A stretch of 64,000 bases of DNA from an uncultured Methylomirabilota bacterium (GTDB lineage: Bacteria; Methylomirabilota; Methylomirabilia; Methylomirabilales; 2-02-FULL-66-22). Within the stretch, counting starts at the first letter, position 1. Every line of letters starts with the position of its first letter. Location: assembly GCA_963845565.1 (NCBI GenBank), contig CAWJSJ010000003.1:1-64000 (forward strand). The letters run 5' to 3'. The notes under the pieces are model-generated. The model had not been told where the DNA came from. It searched no databases and saw nothing but the letters and a program-made list of their open reading frames with translations. Shown here in pieces: positions 1-15,003 of the stretch. The translations under genes and the position numbers were made by a program.

Positions 1-1341
1 AGCTAACACCCGCGATCCGCGGCCCAGCAGCCTTTCGCCACGGCGTCACGACCGTGGGAATTGTGAACGACGTGCCCGCCAGCTCGATGTGCGGATTGAT
101 CGTCCTGAAATGGGGCTGCGGCGGAATGGCCTCATGCCGGAAACAGAGCACCGTCTTGATCAGCCCGGCGACACCCGCCGCCGCTTCGAGGTGACCGATG
201 TTGGCCTTCACCGCCCCGAGAACGCACGGTCGCCCGTCTGGACGGGGGCGACCCACACCGCCGTCAGCGCTTCGACCTCGATCGGGTCGCCGAGCGTGGT
301 GCCGGTTCCGTGCGTCTCGACGTAGCCCACGGCCTCGGGATCCACTCCGCCCGATGCGAGGGCCCGGCGCACGACCGCCTGCTGCGCGAGCCCGTTCGGC
401 GCCGTCAGCCCGTTCGTCGCGCCGTCCTGGTTGACCGCCGTGCCGCGGATCACTGCCAGGATGGGATCCCCGTCCCGGAGGGCGTCCGCGAGCCGCCTAA
501 GGACCACCAGCCCGCAGCCTTCGCCGCGCACGAACCCGTCGGCCGACGCATCGAACGTCTTGCAGCGACCGTCGGGGGCCAACATCCGCATCTTGGCGAG
601 GTGAGCCCGGTCTCCGGCGACAGGATCAGGTTCACGCCGCCGGCCAGGGCCAGGTCGCATTCGCCCGTCCGCAGGCTCTGGCAGGCCAGGTGCAGGGCGA
701 CCAGCGAGGAGGAGCAGGCGGTGTCTATGGCAACGCTCGGTCCGCGCAGGTCCAGCAGGTAGGACAGGCGGTTCGCCATGATGCTGTGCGCGCCACCGCT
801 GGCGGTGTACGTGTCGATGGTCGAGCGATCGCCGACCTGCAGCCAGTAGTAGTCGCTACTCTGGCTGTGAATCCCCACGAACACGCCCGTGGCACTGCCC
901 GCCAGCCCTTCCCCTGTCTGTCCCGCCTCCTCCAGCGCTTCCCACGCCACTTCCAGGAGCAACCGCTGCTGAGGGTCCATCTGGGAGGCTTCGCGCGGCG
1001 CGATGCCGAAGAAGCCGGCGTCGAACTCGTCTACACGATCGAGGAAACCGCCCCGAACGCGTGCCCGCCTCCGGTCCGGACGTCACCGAGGGATCTACAA
1101 CCGCGTCCGCGTCCCATCGGTCTGCCGGAACCCGACGAATCGCGTCTCGGCCCTCCGTCAACAACCGCCAGAAAGCCTCCGGCGAGTTCGCTCCGCCCGG
1201 AAACCGGCACCCCATCCCGATGATCGCGACGGGTTCCGCCCTCAACGGATGGCCGCTCTTCGGCGAACGGCCCAGACGCTGCTCCAGGAGCGCGCGCTTC
1301 TCGGGCGAGAGTCCCTCGAGTCGCCGACTGAGGTCAGCCAT
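1..1341 (-). CDS. Type I polyketide synthase, N-terminal docking region + ketosynthase domain (runs off window; frameshifted)
   Basis: Pieces in ORFs 856..1341, 450..980 and 208..660: [31 protein letters not shown], active-site [15 protein letters not shown], and KANIGH near 200-215. At least 3 frameshifts. Confidence 0.93.
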
Positions 1342-2975
1342 TTCGAGCGCCTCCTTGTCCCTCGTCCTCGGTCAAGAGACGCCGGGCCTCCGCGTCGGAC
1401 AATCCCTCCACCTCTCCTAGCAACCGCTCGAGGTCTCGCTCCTCGTCAGGGGAACGGTCCGGAAGCGACGCGGGTTCGGCGTGCGCCTCGAGGCGCTCGG
1501 CAAGATACCGGGTGATCGCCTCGATCGTCGGGTAGTTCCACACCAGGGTGGCCGGCACGGGAATCCCCAGGTCGCGCTCCAGTCCCTTGCTCAACGCCAC
1601 CGACATGACCGACGTGAGCCCGAGGGAGCGCAGCGGCCGCCGAAAGTCCGACGCCCCCAACGGGGTGCCCAACAGGTTCACGACGCGATCACGGAGCAGC
1701 GCGTCCACGCGGACGACCTGGTCGCCGGTCGAAGCCGGCCGAGGCGCATCCGCCGGTTCCCCCGCAACCGAACGACCTGCCGGCTCACAACTCAGATCCG
1801 CGCGCGCAGGGCCGCTGGCCGCGGCGAGTTGATCCACCGCGCGGGTGACGGCCTCCAGAAACTGCGCGGCCTCGACCCCGTTGATGCAGCCGGTGATCAA
1901 ACGTCAGACACAGCGCCGCAGTCCGCCCCATCCCGCTCGTACCCGGCTCGGCGGGCGCCCCGACGAAGAGCGTCGCAATCGCCGGCGCGACCAGAGTCGG
2001 CACGGCATGCGTGACTTGACTCGCGCCCAAATAGGTCAAGACCACCTGCGTCGTTTCATCTGACTGGTCCCGCCCCTCCATGGCCAAGGCGATCTTGTTT
2101 TGGACCGCACAGGCGAGCTCGGGGAATGTCATGGTGTCCGCCTGAGGAACGATGGCCGTCACGAGGTCGCCCTCGGCCCGGTGGACGGCGATCCCCAGGG
2201 TAAGGTGGGGATATACGCGGACCCGATCATCGCTGACGAGGACAGAGCGGAAGTTCGGATGCGCGCCTGCGCCTCGGGCAACGGCGTATGCGATCACCTC
2301 CAAGGGGCCGACCGGCACATCGGGATGATCGGCGCGCACGACCTGGAGGGCGCGCTCCACGCTGGTCCAGGCCAGGGGGCAGGTGATCGTGGCCGGGATG
2401 ACCAGTTGTGCGCTGCGGCGAAATCGAAACGTCAGCGCGCGCTGCTGCGCCGACAACCGGCGCTCACGATACGCGGCTCCCGTATCCTCCTCAGTCCGGG
2501 CGTGGTCGGCCAGGTACCGGTCCACATCCGCCGGCAAGAGCTTCCCCGAAGGCGCCGGGATGCGGCGCAATTGCTCATCCGAGAGTCCGAGTGTCCGCCC
2601 GTGTGCCCGGGTCCGCGGCGGGATCCGCACGACCGACGATGGAGGCGCGACCCCGGCACCGTCCGCCCCCGCCACCAGGGAGACCGCCCGAGCCGTACGG
2701 TCGGGCGCGTCGGGCACGACCGAACCTTGCGCCTCCTCGGATTCGATCCGGCCGATGACCGCCCCGATGGGCACCACGTCCCCTGCCGCTACCAACCATT
2801 CGCCCAGCCGGCCTGGCAACGCCGCCTCCACCACCACGCGCGCCTTGTCCGTCTCCATTTCGAAGATCGGCTCGTCCTTCTCCACGCGCTCCCCCGCCGC
2901 TTTCAACAGGACCACGACCAGCGCTTCTTGCAGGCCCTCTCCGAGTTGCGGCACACGGATGTCAACCAGCGCCAT
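1334..2975 (-). CDS. 2-oxoacid dehydrogenase E2 (dihydrolipoamide acyltransferase) fused to a C-terminal acyl carrier protein
   Basis: Lipoyl motif ETDKA, E3/E1-binding-like segment, catalytic TFDHRL. Removing one base near 1886 gives [14 protein letters not shown], which continues into the ACP (LGLTSVMS...[19 protein letters not shown]) of ORF 1334..1900. Confidence 0.8.
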
Positions 2976-2979
2976 CGGC

Positions 2980-5052
2980 CTACTCCAGGGTGACGCGGAT
3001 CGCGCTCAACACCCGGTCCAGGTCCGGGAGGAGAGCATATTCGAGATCCGGACAGAACGGAATATGGACGTCGGGTCGCGCCACAAGTTGCGGCGGGGAG
3101 AGCAGCAGGTCGAAGCGGTCCGGCTGCGACACCATCTCCGCGATCACCGCTTGCCCGAAACCGCACGTACGGTTGTCCTCATGGACCACCACCAGCCGAC
3201 CGGTCTTCTGGAGCGATCGCTCGATGGACGCCCAGTCGCACGGAACCAGCGTCCGGAGATCAATCACCTCGACCGACACGCCCTCCGCCGCCATCCGCTG
3301 GGCGGCCTTCTCGGCCAGTTCCATGCCGTTGCCCCAGGACACCAGCGTCACATCGTCTCCCGCCCGCCTGACCGCCGCACGCCCGAAAGGGATCGCGTCA
3401 AAGCGCTGCATGGGCATACGCACACGGCAGAGATGCTTGGGGACCAGGATGAGCGTCGGATCCTCGTCCTGGAACGACGCCCAGAACAGGCCCGCTGCGT
3501 CTTCCGGACAGCTTGGAATCGCCACCCGCAATCCGGGCGCGTGCGCCCACCAGCCATCGTTGCTCTGGCTGTGCCACATGCCGCCGGCCGGAAGATACGC
3601 CCCATACGGGGCGTAGAGCACCAGGGGACAGGTCCATTCCCCCTTCGATCGCCATCGCAAGGTCGTTGCCTGAGTGATCAACTGGTTGAAGCCGGGCCCG
3701 ATGAAATCAATGAATTGAATCTCGAAAACGGGCCGGTATCCGGCAGCGGCCAGCCCGGCCCCGACGCCGACGATCGTGCCCTCGGCGAGGGGGGAGTTGA
3801 CCACCCGTCCGGGGAACCGACTGCTCAGGCCGGCCGTGAACCCGAAGACCCCTCCCTTGGGGTCCTCGATGTCCTCGCCAAACATCAGCAGGGAGGGAAA
3901 GCGTTCGAGCGCGGCGCCGAACGTGTGATTGACGGCCGCGATCATCGTGACACCGCGCGGCGCCGAACCGACTTTCGGCGCGTCCTCTGGCGGAGACGGC
4001 AGCGATACGTGTTCGACCGTGGGACCGAAGAGGTGGTCGCCCAGACTCGCCGCGTCTGGCTTGGGTTCCGATTCGACACGTTGGTACGCCACATCCACCG
4101 CACGCCGGACATCCGCTTGCATCGCTGCCCAATCGTTGGGAGCCAATTCCCCGGACTTCACGAGTCGCTGAACGAGGCGCGGAATCGGATCCGCCACGCC
4201 GAGGGATTCGATCTCCTCCGCGGTCCGGTAGACGCGATGATCATCGGACGACGTGTGAGACGAGAGCCGGTCCAACTCGCACCACAGAATACTCGGTCCC
4301 CCGCCGATGCGCGCCTTGGCGATCGCCCGACCGCCGCACTCCAGCACTTCCGCAATATCGCGTCCGTTGATCCGCGAGACGCGATCTTCCGCGAAGATCC
4401 CCAGCCGAAAGGGCAAAAGGCGCTGCGTGGATGTGCTGATTCCGTAACCGTTGTCCTCGATGACGAAGACGATCGGAAGCTGCTCCTGCACAGCAAAGCA
4501 CACCGCTTCGTAAAACTCGCCCTGCCGCGTTGCGGCGTCGCCAAGGCAGCAGACAACGACCGGCGAGGGACCTCCCTCTCGTTGGTCATTGCGCTCCGGG
4601 TGCTGCAGCGTACCTTTCGCCGACAGGGTGATTCCCCAAGCGCAGCCTGCGGCCGGAAGACATTGAGAACCGGTGGGCGACGCGACGGAAACGACGTTGA
4701 GTTGCCTGGAGGAAAAATGAGATGGGAGGTTACGCCCCGCGGAACTCGACCCCGCGCGGGCGAAAAAGTCACGGGCAAGCAACTCGGTACTCATTCCGCG
4801 CGCCAGCATCAAGGCGCGATCCCGATAGTGGGGAAGGATCACGTCCCCTGGCACCAAGTGATACGCCAAACCGCCCAGCGCCTCGTGCCCCGCGCCGACT
4901 CAGATGAAACCACCCCTTGCCCTGTCGCAGGAGTATGCCTTCGCGCTCGTCACCGAAACGCGCCGCTAACATCCAGCGAAGCGCGTCCCGAGGCCGATTG
5001 GGCGTCGTATCGCCTGGGACTTGCACCTGGTCGGTAATTGCCCGGGGTTCAT
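2980..5052 (-). CDS. Fused 2-oxoacid dehydrogenase E1 alpha/beta (ThDP-dependent, BCKDH/PDH-like)
   Basis: GDAATRQGEFYE...NGYGIS ThDP motif, SHTSSDD, beta part GEDI..GGVF, NSPLAE, EIQFIDF, VEVIDLRTL. The N-terminus (RQGKGWFH) lies in another frame upstream of ~4890, and the probable ATG overlaps the PPTase stop. Confidence 0.9.
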
Positions 5053-5885
5053 GCAATGTATTGCTTCTCCCTCGAATCGTCAGATGCCTCGGCTCTGACC
5101 AACCCACCGAAGTCACCGTACAGGCCACCGCCTGTACTGAAGATCGAATGTGTCCCCTTCCACAACGAGCGCCGCGGCGAAGGCGGGTTCCGGTGCAAGC
5201 GCCCGTAGCGTCCAGGTCGGCTTCCCTCCGCCACCACCAAAGGACCCAGGTGTCGCGAAGACTGCCCCAAAGGCAACGACGCTTCTATCTCTTGCACAGG
5301 AAACGACAAACCTTCTCCGGTCGCCTTAATGAACGCCTCTTTACGCGTCCAGAACTCATAGAAAAGGCGCAATTTCTCGCTTGGCGTTGCCCATCCGAGT
5401 GTGACTTGTTCATGCTCCGACAAGACCCGACGCGCCATCTCGTCGAGATCATCCAAGGGACGGACGAATTCAAGATCCACCCCAACGCGTCGATCCCGCG
5501 CAAGAGCATAAAGAGCGCCGTCGCGGGAGTGAGAGACGTTGAACTCGAGCGCGCCCGCCCAGAATCCGGACAGGGCAGGTTTCCCCTTGGCATCATACCG
5601 GAACACCAAGGATGCCGGAGGCGCCCCCAGATACTCGCCGAGAATCGTGCGGAGAAGCGACCGCGCAGCGATGAACCGTCGGCGATCGCAGTCGAAGCGG
5701 AATTGCTCCGCTCGAACGCGCTCGTCGGAGGACAGTGGGCTCGCCGGGTCCTGCACCGCCTGGGGAGGTTGCCCAAGCATTGCGAACCACACGTGGACCT
5801 CGCCACTTGGCAGCAACCGCTTGGCTGAGGCGAGGTCAGAACCTGGGGCAAGCGGTGAGAGGTACGGAGAACGGTTCATTGCCAA
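5049..5885 (-). CDS. Sfp-type 4'-phosphopantetheinyl transferase
   Basis: GKP, FNVSHS, VGVDLE and FWTRKEAFIKATGEG motifs. The C-terminus is probably frameshifted near 5200. Confidence 0.92.
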   Translation of the reverse strand: MAMNRSPYLSPLAPGSDLASAKRLLPSGEVHVWFAMLGQPPQAVQDPASPLSSDERVRAEQFRFDCDRRRFIAARSLLRTILGEYLGAPPASLVFRYDAKGKPALSGFWAGALEFNVSHSRDGALYALARDRRVGVDLEFVRPLDDLDEMARRVLSEHEQVTLGWATPSEKLRLFYEFWTRKEAFIKATGEGLSFPVQEIEASLPLGQSSRHLGPLVVAEGSRPGRYGRLHRNPPSPRRSLWKGTHSIFSTGGGLYGDFGGLVRAEASDDSREKQYIA

Positions 5886-6398
5886 TCGCGCCCCAGCCTC
5901 CTTCGAGTTGGCACGACTCGACCCGGCGTGTCTTTGACCACGCTACGCGTCCCCAGGATCGCAAAACAGATTATGGACCCCGAACCAGGAAAAGGTGTTT
6001 CGTTCAACCGTACATCAACCCTAATTGGTGGGCGATTCCATAAGTTTGCGATTGGAAATCTCTCTCTTCTACAATCGAGAAAATCACCAAGGAGCGATTC
6101 CGTGCTATTGAAGATCGATTACGCACAACCGATCCGCGCCCACAGAGGGAACCCCAATTCAGACAGCGATGCGCAAGTCTTGCGGTTCCACGGAAGGCTT
6201 TGAACCGATCCACACACGTTCCTGAAGATTCTCGTCCTTCAAGCCAAGGACAGGACAGTTGATATAAGCGTAATACGAAAACCGCTATCTATCAGTTAAG
6301 ATGCATATTTCTGCTTGGCACACCTAACCGCCTGTCGCATTCGTAGCCTAACCGGTCGTGCCAGAGACAAACTACACGATTTAAGAGTCCTTTGATAA

Positions 6399-6414
6399 TG
6401 CAATCAGAAGGCCA
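6399..6414 (-). promoter_or_regulatory. Putative sigma-54 (-24/-12) promoter facing the PPTase-E1-E2-PKS operon
   Basis: Minus strand reads TGGCCTTCTGATTGCA (GG-N10-GC). An inverted repeat TGTCTT-GGG-AAGACA lies just upstream at 6423-6437, in AT-rich context. Confidence 0.45.
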
Positions 6415-7848
6415 TTCCACCATGTCTTGGGAAGACAGCGGGAGAACGTCATTCAATTGTTTCCCACATGTTGACTCACGAAGATCTACCCGTCACGGCG
6501 CAGGACAGGTTTGTTATTTGATAGTCAATCCTCTATTGTCATATTAATATGAAGCTATCGCTTAATTGTCATTGAATACGATGAATACCTCATGTGAATT
6601 CAACCATACTTCCCTCCTTGGGAAATCTGCGTAATGCATCCTCGCATGACGTATTCCCAAAACAGCTGGCTGATTGTTCAAGCACGGCGGAGAAGCCCCT
6701 GATTTGGAACTGATCGGTTTCACAAAGAACGCCGCCCCTGCACGTCCGACAGGGACGGTACCCATGAACGACCAACAACGAATCCCCGAACGCAAGTCTC
6801 GCATGGGCGGCTCCGGGTAAGTGACTCGCCGCGCGTCACTCATGTTCGTTATTCAACTCCCCGTCTCATGGTGCTCCTCGTTTCAACCCCTGAAAACGGA
6901 CTCGGACGCTGCGATGGCCATGAGCGTGACGCTGGCCTCACCAGAATCGCTCCCACTGCGAAAGTTGCGCCCGCAGGAAATCCTGCTTGGGTTGGTGACC
7001 ATTATGTCGGTCCCGTGTTGGGATGATCGATCCTCCAGGGTGCCGTCCCAACAAATCGCAATCAGGGCCACGTCGGCTGGGTTGGTCCAGAATATGGATG
7101 AGACTGGGGGCACGAGGTCCCGCGACACCCACGAGGGTAAAGACGGGAGACCGTCATTCAAAATGCCACGGTGGGTTGTTCAAGATCCCTTTTTGATCAC
7201 ATGCGACCTCTCTTCCTCGGGCAATTTTCTTGGGCCAGGAAGCAGGATGTAATCTGGAGAGAGTGCGTCTGACTTCTGAACTCTGATAAATTGATTTGCC
7301 AGTGCGCAACTATTGCAGTTGCGCCGAAATTTATCTCGATGTCATTAGTGACAATCCCTTACGCTGAGTACAACGTTCTTTGGGGGTGAGGGAAAGGCGA
7401 TCAGCGTGACACGCAGAAGCGGTTCCCCGCAGCGCATACCTGGAAGGCTACAACCAAGATAAACGGTCCCCTGTCCGCCGCCACGACATAACCGCCGGGC
7501 CCTGCAAGCGGCAACCCGACTATGGTTTTTGCGGCGCGTTTACAACTGGTCCATGTACCCGAGATGCGGCTCCACGGGAGATTGGAGCCACAACAGGCAG
7601 ACGGGCGCAGCCCGAGACTACTGTTTCGGGTTCTGTTCGAGGAAGCGCGGAGTACTTGCGCAACCTTCCCCGATCCGAGAACGGAATTGCGCGGAGAGTT
7701 TATCAGCAGGCATGGGTCGGTTCAAATTACTCCCCGAGTCCGTTCGGTGGATTGAAGCCTGGTCTGCGTTTCTTCAAGTGAAACGACGGTTCTCGGCAGA
7801 AGTATTCGATACTCGCTCTTCTGCGCTCCAGACTTATCAAGGGCCTAT

Positions 7849-8655
7849 TTAGGATGAGTTTAACGTCCTCACAATCAGCCTTAATATAATCATGAATATC
7901 GGTTCGAGAAAGAAGATCGGGGCAAGAATCGAGACTGTCGCGAGATCCAGTGCCTTATCCAACACCCAGAGTAGAATAAATCCCAACAGCCCGACCAACG
8001 ACATCATCAACCCGGCTTCCAGGGTAAGAGGTTTCCAAAAACCAGGGAGTACAAGGCTCAGGGGAATAAAGACCCCAAGGGCAGTGTAAAACACATTGGT
8101 CGGTGTGGATTCTCCGTGCAGCATCCGAGTCATTACCGGATAAAGGCTGAAGCTTAGACCCATTGCAAGCGAAAGGAGAATCCCGATTATCGTCAGGTTA
8201 CGGTTGGGATTCGTCAGGACGGCTATGATGAGGAATCCTGAAATGGAAATGATCCAAGAAGCCCATGAGATGCGTTCGCGCAAGAGGACCATGGCCAGTG
8301 CCGTGATCATCATTGGGGCGAGCCAAAAGATCGTGATGATATTTCGCACGGACATGTAATCGGTGGCGATGATGAAGGAAGCAGGCATGATCAACATCAT
8401 CACCGCTCGCAAGATTTGCAGCCCCAACCGGTTGGTGTGGATAAGCTTCATCCCTTGGAGCGGACCAAACACAAGAACCATCAGCAATAAATGTGTGCCG
8501 TATCGAACCCACACAACTTCATACAGGGAATATTCACCCGGGATATGTAGGATAACCATTTCCATCGTCGCCCATATCAGGCTTGCAAGTGCGATCAACA
8601 ATATGCCCGCCCAGGTGTGGTTCGTCGTTACTATTTTCCAAACGACCTTTGTCAT
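7849..8655 (-). CDS. DMT/EamA family inner-membrane transporter
   Basis: 268-aa highly hydrophobic ORF with EamA-like EVVWVRY, LQILRA, LLRER and RMLHGES patterns. Visibly lower GC than its flanks. Confidence 0.8.
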   Translation of the reverse strand: MTKVVWKIVTTNHTWAGILLIALASLIWATMEMVILHIPGEYSLYEVVWVRYGTHLLLMVLVFGPLQGMKLIHTNRLGLQILRAVMMLIMPASFIIATDYMSVRNIITIFWLAPMMITALAMVLLRERISWASWIISISGFLIIAVLTNPNRNLTIIGILLSLAMGLSFSLYPVMTRMLHGESTPTNVFYTALGVFIPLSLVLPGFWKPLTLEAGLMMSLVGLLGFILLWVLDKALDLATVSILAPIFFLEPIFMIILRLIVRTLNSS

Positions 8656-8799
8656 TGCTGGCCTGTCCCCAATGATCGGTTCATGTCGAGGTCAGTTCTG
8701 AGCATATCTTAGTTCCAGCTCCGATCGGAACGGCAATGCAAGCCTGGGCCAGGATCGCGCTTCGGGAGCCGGGGGCCGAAAGCCTAAGATAACGTGCGG

Positions 8800-9254
8800 T
8801 CGCACGGTGGTGCAGTGCTTCCGCCACTACTCGACGAGCACCTCGGCCCTCTTCAAGGTGTAGAGGATCTCCCGATCCGGCAGTTCATCCCACAGCGTCC
8901 GTTGAAGGAACCGTTGTTACCGTTCTCCCAGGCGCTCCTGAACTCGATGAACAGCGTCCGCACGTCGAGCCAGGCGGGCCACTACCGAACGCTCTTCGCG
9001 CAGAACGCGGGGCCGTTGTCGGAGCGCAGGTGGCCCGGGCAGCCCCGGGGTGAGGAACAAATCAGTCAAGGCCGCCAGCACATCATCCGCCGTCAGCTTC
9101 GGAGCCACCACGATCGCCAGCGCCTCCCGTGTGCACTCATCCAGGATCGTGCGCAATCGAAACGCCTTCCCGTAGTAGGGGCGATCGGTCATGACGTCAT
9201 AGGCCCACACGTGGTTCTACTCTATCCCTGGACCAATTTCCGGGGGCATGGTCA
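8800..9254 (-). mobile_element. IS3-family transposase remnant (integrase core) with a left-end-like terminus
   Basis: HVWAYD, LDECTREALAI, (H)LRSDNGP and WENG motifs broken by frameshift/stop. Terminal sequence TGACCATGCCCCCGGAAATTGGTCCAGGG at 9254-9226 is joined directly to the core (internal deletion). Confidence 0.8.
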
Positions 9255-9560
9255 GTCGCAGCCCCAGAGGGCCACCGGCCCCACGAGAACCGCTTTGCGG
9301 GACCTTCGGGATCCAGGCTAGTGGGACCTCGAGGTCATATTTGGTGTGCGGCCCACTCCGGTCGCGTGGCACGCGACCCTATTAGCACAACGAGGGACTC
9401 GTCGGAAGGCGAGGGTTCTTCACCATCCCTGACGTGGAGACGAATTGACACTCTTGGCGGTCATTGCCTCGGCTCCTGTAAGCGGCGATGCTTTGCCACC
9501 CAAAGCCTGACGAAACCTGCCCCCCTTCACCGTCGCCCTGTCGCCTGGTGTGCTCGTCGC

Positions 9561-12918
<3,358 letters not shown>

Positions 12919-12926
<8 letters not shown>

Positions 12927-14948
12927 AGAATTCCTCATTCATCCCAGGCATCGCCAGCCGCAGCAAACGATCCGCTTCGGCGTCCGAAAGGTCTTCAAGC
13001 TCACCCAGGATCCGCGTCTGCTCCTCCTGCTCCGGCATTCGCGCGACCTGGTCGGCGATCGCTGCCGCGACCTCGACCACGGTGGGGGCTTCGAAAAGGG
13101 TCCGCAAAGGCAGGTCAACCCAGAAGATCGTACGGATGCGGGAAAGAACCTGGCCTGCCAGTAAGGAATTGCCCCCAAGTTCGAAGAAGTTGCCGTGTAT
13201 TCCGACCTTATCCACGCCCAGGAGTTTGGCCCAGATAACCGCCAGGAATCTTTCCAGCGGCGTGCGCGGAGCCTCGTCGGCTACCTCGGTAGGTGTTCCT
13301 AGCGTTGCATGGTCCGCGTTCATTGAGCGGAACTGCGCAGCCAACTTGGAGCGTTCCAGTTTGCCGGTCGGGCCCTTGGGAATGCATCCACGATCAGGAT
13401 CCTGGTAGGCACCTTGAAATCGGACAGACGGGTCGCTGCGAAGGCACGGAGATCCTCGCCCGTCACGATAGCAGCTTCCTGCAAGACCACGGCTGCAGCG
13501 ATGTCCTCTCCCAGGGTGGGATGAGATACGGGAAATGCGGCGGCCTGAGCGACGGCTGGGTGGGCCAACAGAATGTCATCAACTTCACGGGGTGAAACCT
13601 TCTCGCCTCCTCGGTTGATGATCTCCTTAATGCGTCCCACAAGGAAGAGATACCCATCCGGGTCGAGGCGTCCGAGGTCGCCCGTCCGGAGCCACCCTCC
13701 CCTCACCGCACTTGAAATAGCATCCAACTCGTTTGCGTACTCGTGCATGACGCTCGGACCTCGGATCACGACTTCGCCGATGTCGCCCGCTGGAAGCGGG
13801 TTACCCGCCGCATCGACGATATCGACTTCTACCCCAGAGGCGAGACCGACCGATCCGGGCTTACGCTCCTTTGGCGGCAAGGGATTGCAGGTGATCTGAT
13901 GGGCGGCTTCAGTCATTCCGTACGCCTCGATGACAGGGGCGTCAAACACCCGTTCAAGGTCTGCCGCCACTCGGAGGGGAAGGGGGGCCGAGCACGACCG
14001 AATGAAGCGGAAGGGGCGGCGGGCGATCGTGGCTCTATGAGATTCCGCCTGCGTCAGGATGGCGTGGTGGATTGTGGGAACCGCGGAGTACCAGGTTGGG
14101 CACAACTCGTCCAGCCATGAGAAGAAGGCCGTTGTGTCGAATTTCGGTACGGAGGCCACCCCGGCACCGGTCAGAAGCGACGCCAGCATCACCATGATGC
14201 CGTGAATGTGAAACAATGGCATCACATTCAAACAGCGGTCGTCGTCATCGAGATTCAGTGCAGCGCGGAGATTTCGCGCCGATGCGCACAGGTTGACATT
14301 TGTGAGAGGTACGAGCTTCGGTTCCGAGGTTGTTCCGGAGGTATGCAGCATCAGCGCCACATCCTCGGGCTGCGCATACGTCCATGGTACCGGCGTCCCT
14401 CCTGCTTCTCCCGTGAGTGTAAAAGAGCCAGCCGCTGCGCCTAGATCAGGGACCAACTCGATGATCGGAACATTGTGGGTCTTCGCCACCGATCGTGCCG
14501 GGACATCTATTCCAACCTGGACCACAAGCGACCGTGGTTTGACGTGGGACAGATAGAAATCGCACTCGGCAGCGTGGGAGGCAGGATTGATGGGGACGCA
14601 CGTACTGCCTGCGATCGTTGCCATGAGAGCCACGGCCATTTCCGGGCCTTGGGGCAACACCAGGCCGACCCGGTCATTCCGACCGACCCCCATCTGATTG
14701 AGTGCGCGGATTGTGGCGTCGACTTGCACATGGAGATGCCCATATGTAAGTGGGATACGGCCCGGAGCAGCAATCGCGACACCCGTGGGCGCATGTTCCA
14801 CCTGCTCAATGAGGCGACGATAGACAGACAGCATAGACGAGTTCTGGTCAACGCCAGAGGAGGAGTGGAGCGTCGAGAGCATTCCCCTCGTCGTGTGTAT
14901 CGTTGAATGGCGGCCAGATGGTGCCATCTCGTTGAGAAACCCTCTCAA
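12919..14948 (-). CDS. Acyl-AMP ligase (oxalate-CoA ligase/AAE3-like) fused to a carrier (T) domain
   Basis: HTSGTT, MPLFHIHG, YSAVPTIH, RFIRSCSAPL, EAYGMTEAAHQ, INRGGEKV. A frameshift near 13380 joins the T domain FFELGGNSL (ORF 12919..13344). Start codon uncertain. Confidence 0.85.
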
Positions 14949-15003
14949 TTCGACAGACTACGTTTTGCGCCGCGGGTTATCCGGCTGGACACGCGAAGCT
15001 GGA

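Noticed and set aside
2383..5037. 884-aa plus-strand ORF, and similar long antisense ORFs (29788, 42208, 46066, 61068)
   Set aside because: Shadow frames of real minus-strand genes in GC-rich DNA, with no recognisable motifs.
6315..6365. TGGCAC motifs as sigma-54 promoters
   Set aside because: No GC at the required 10-bp spacing.
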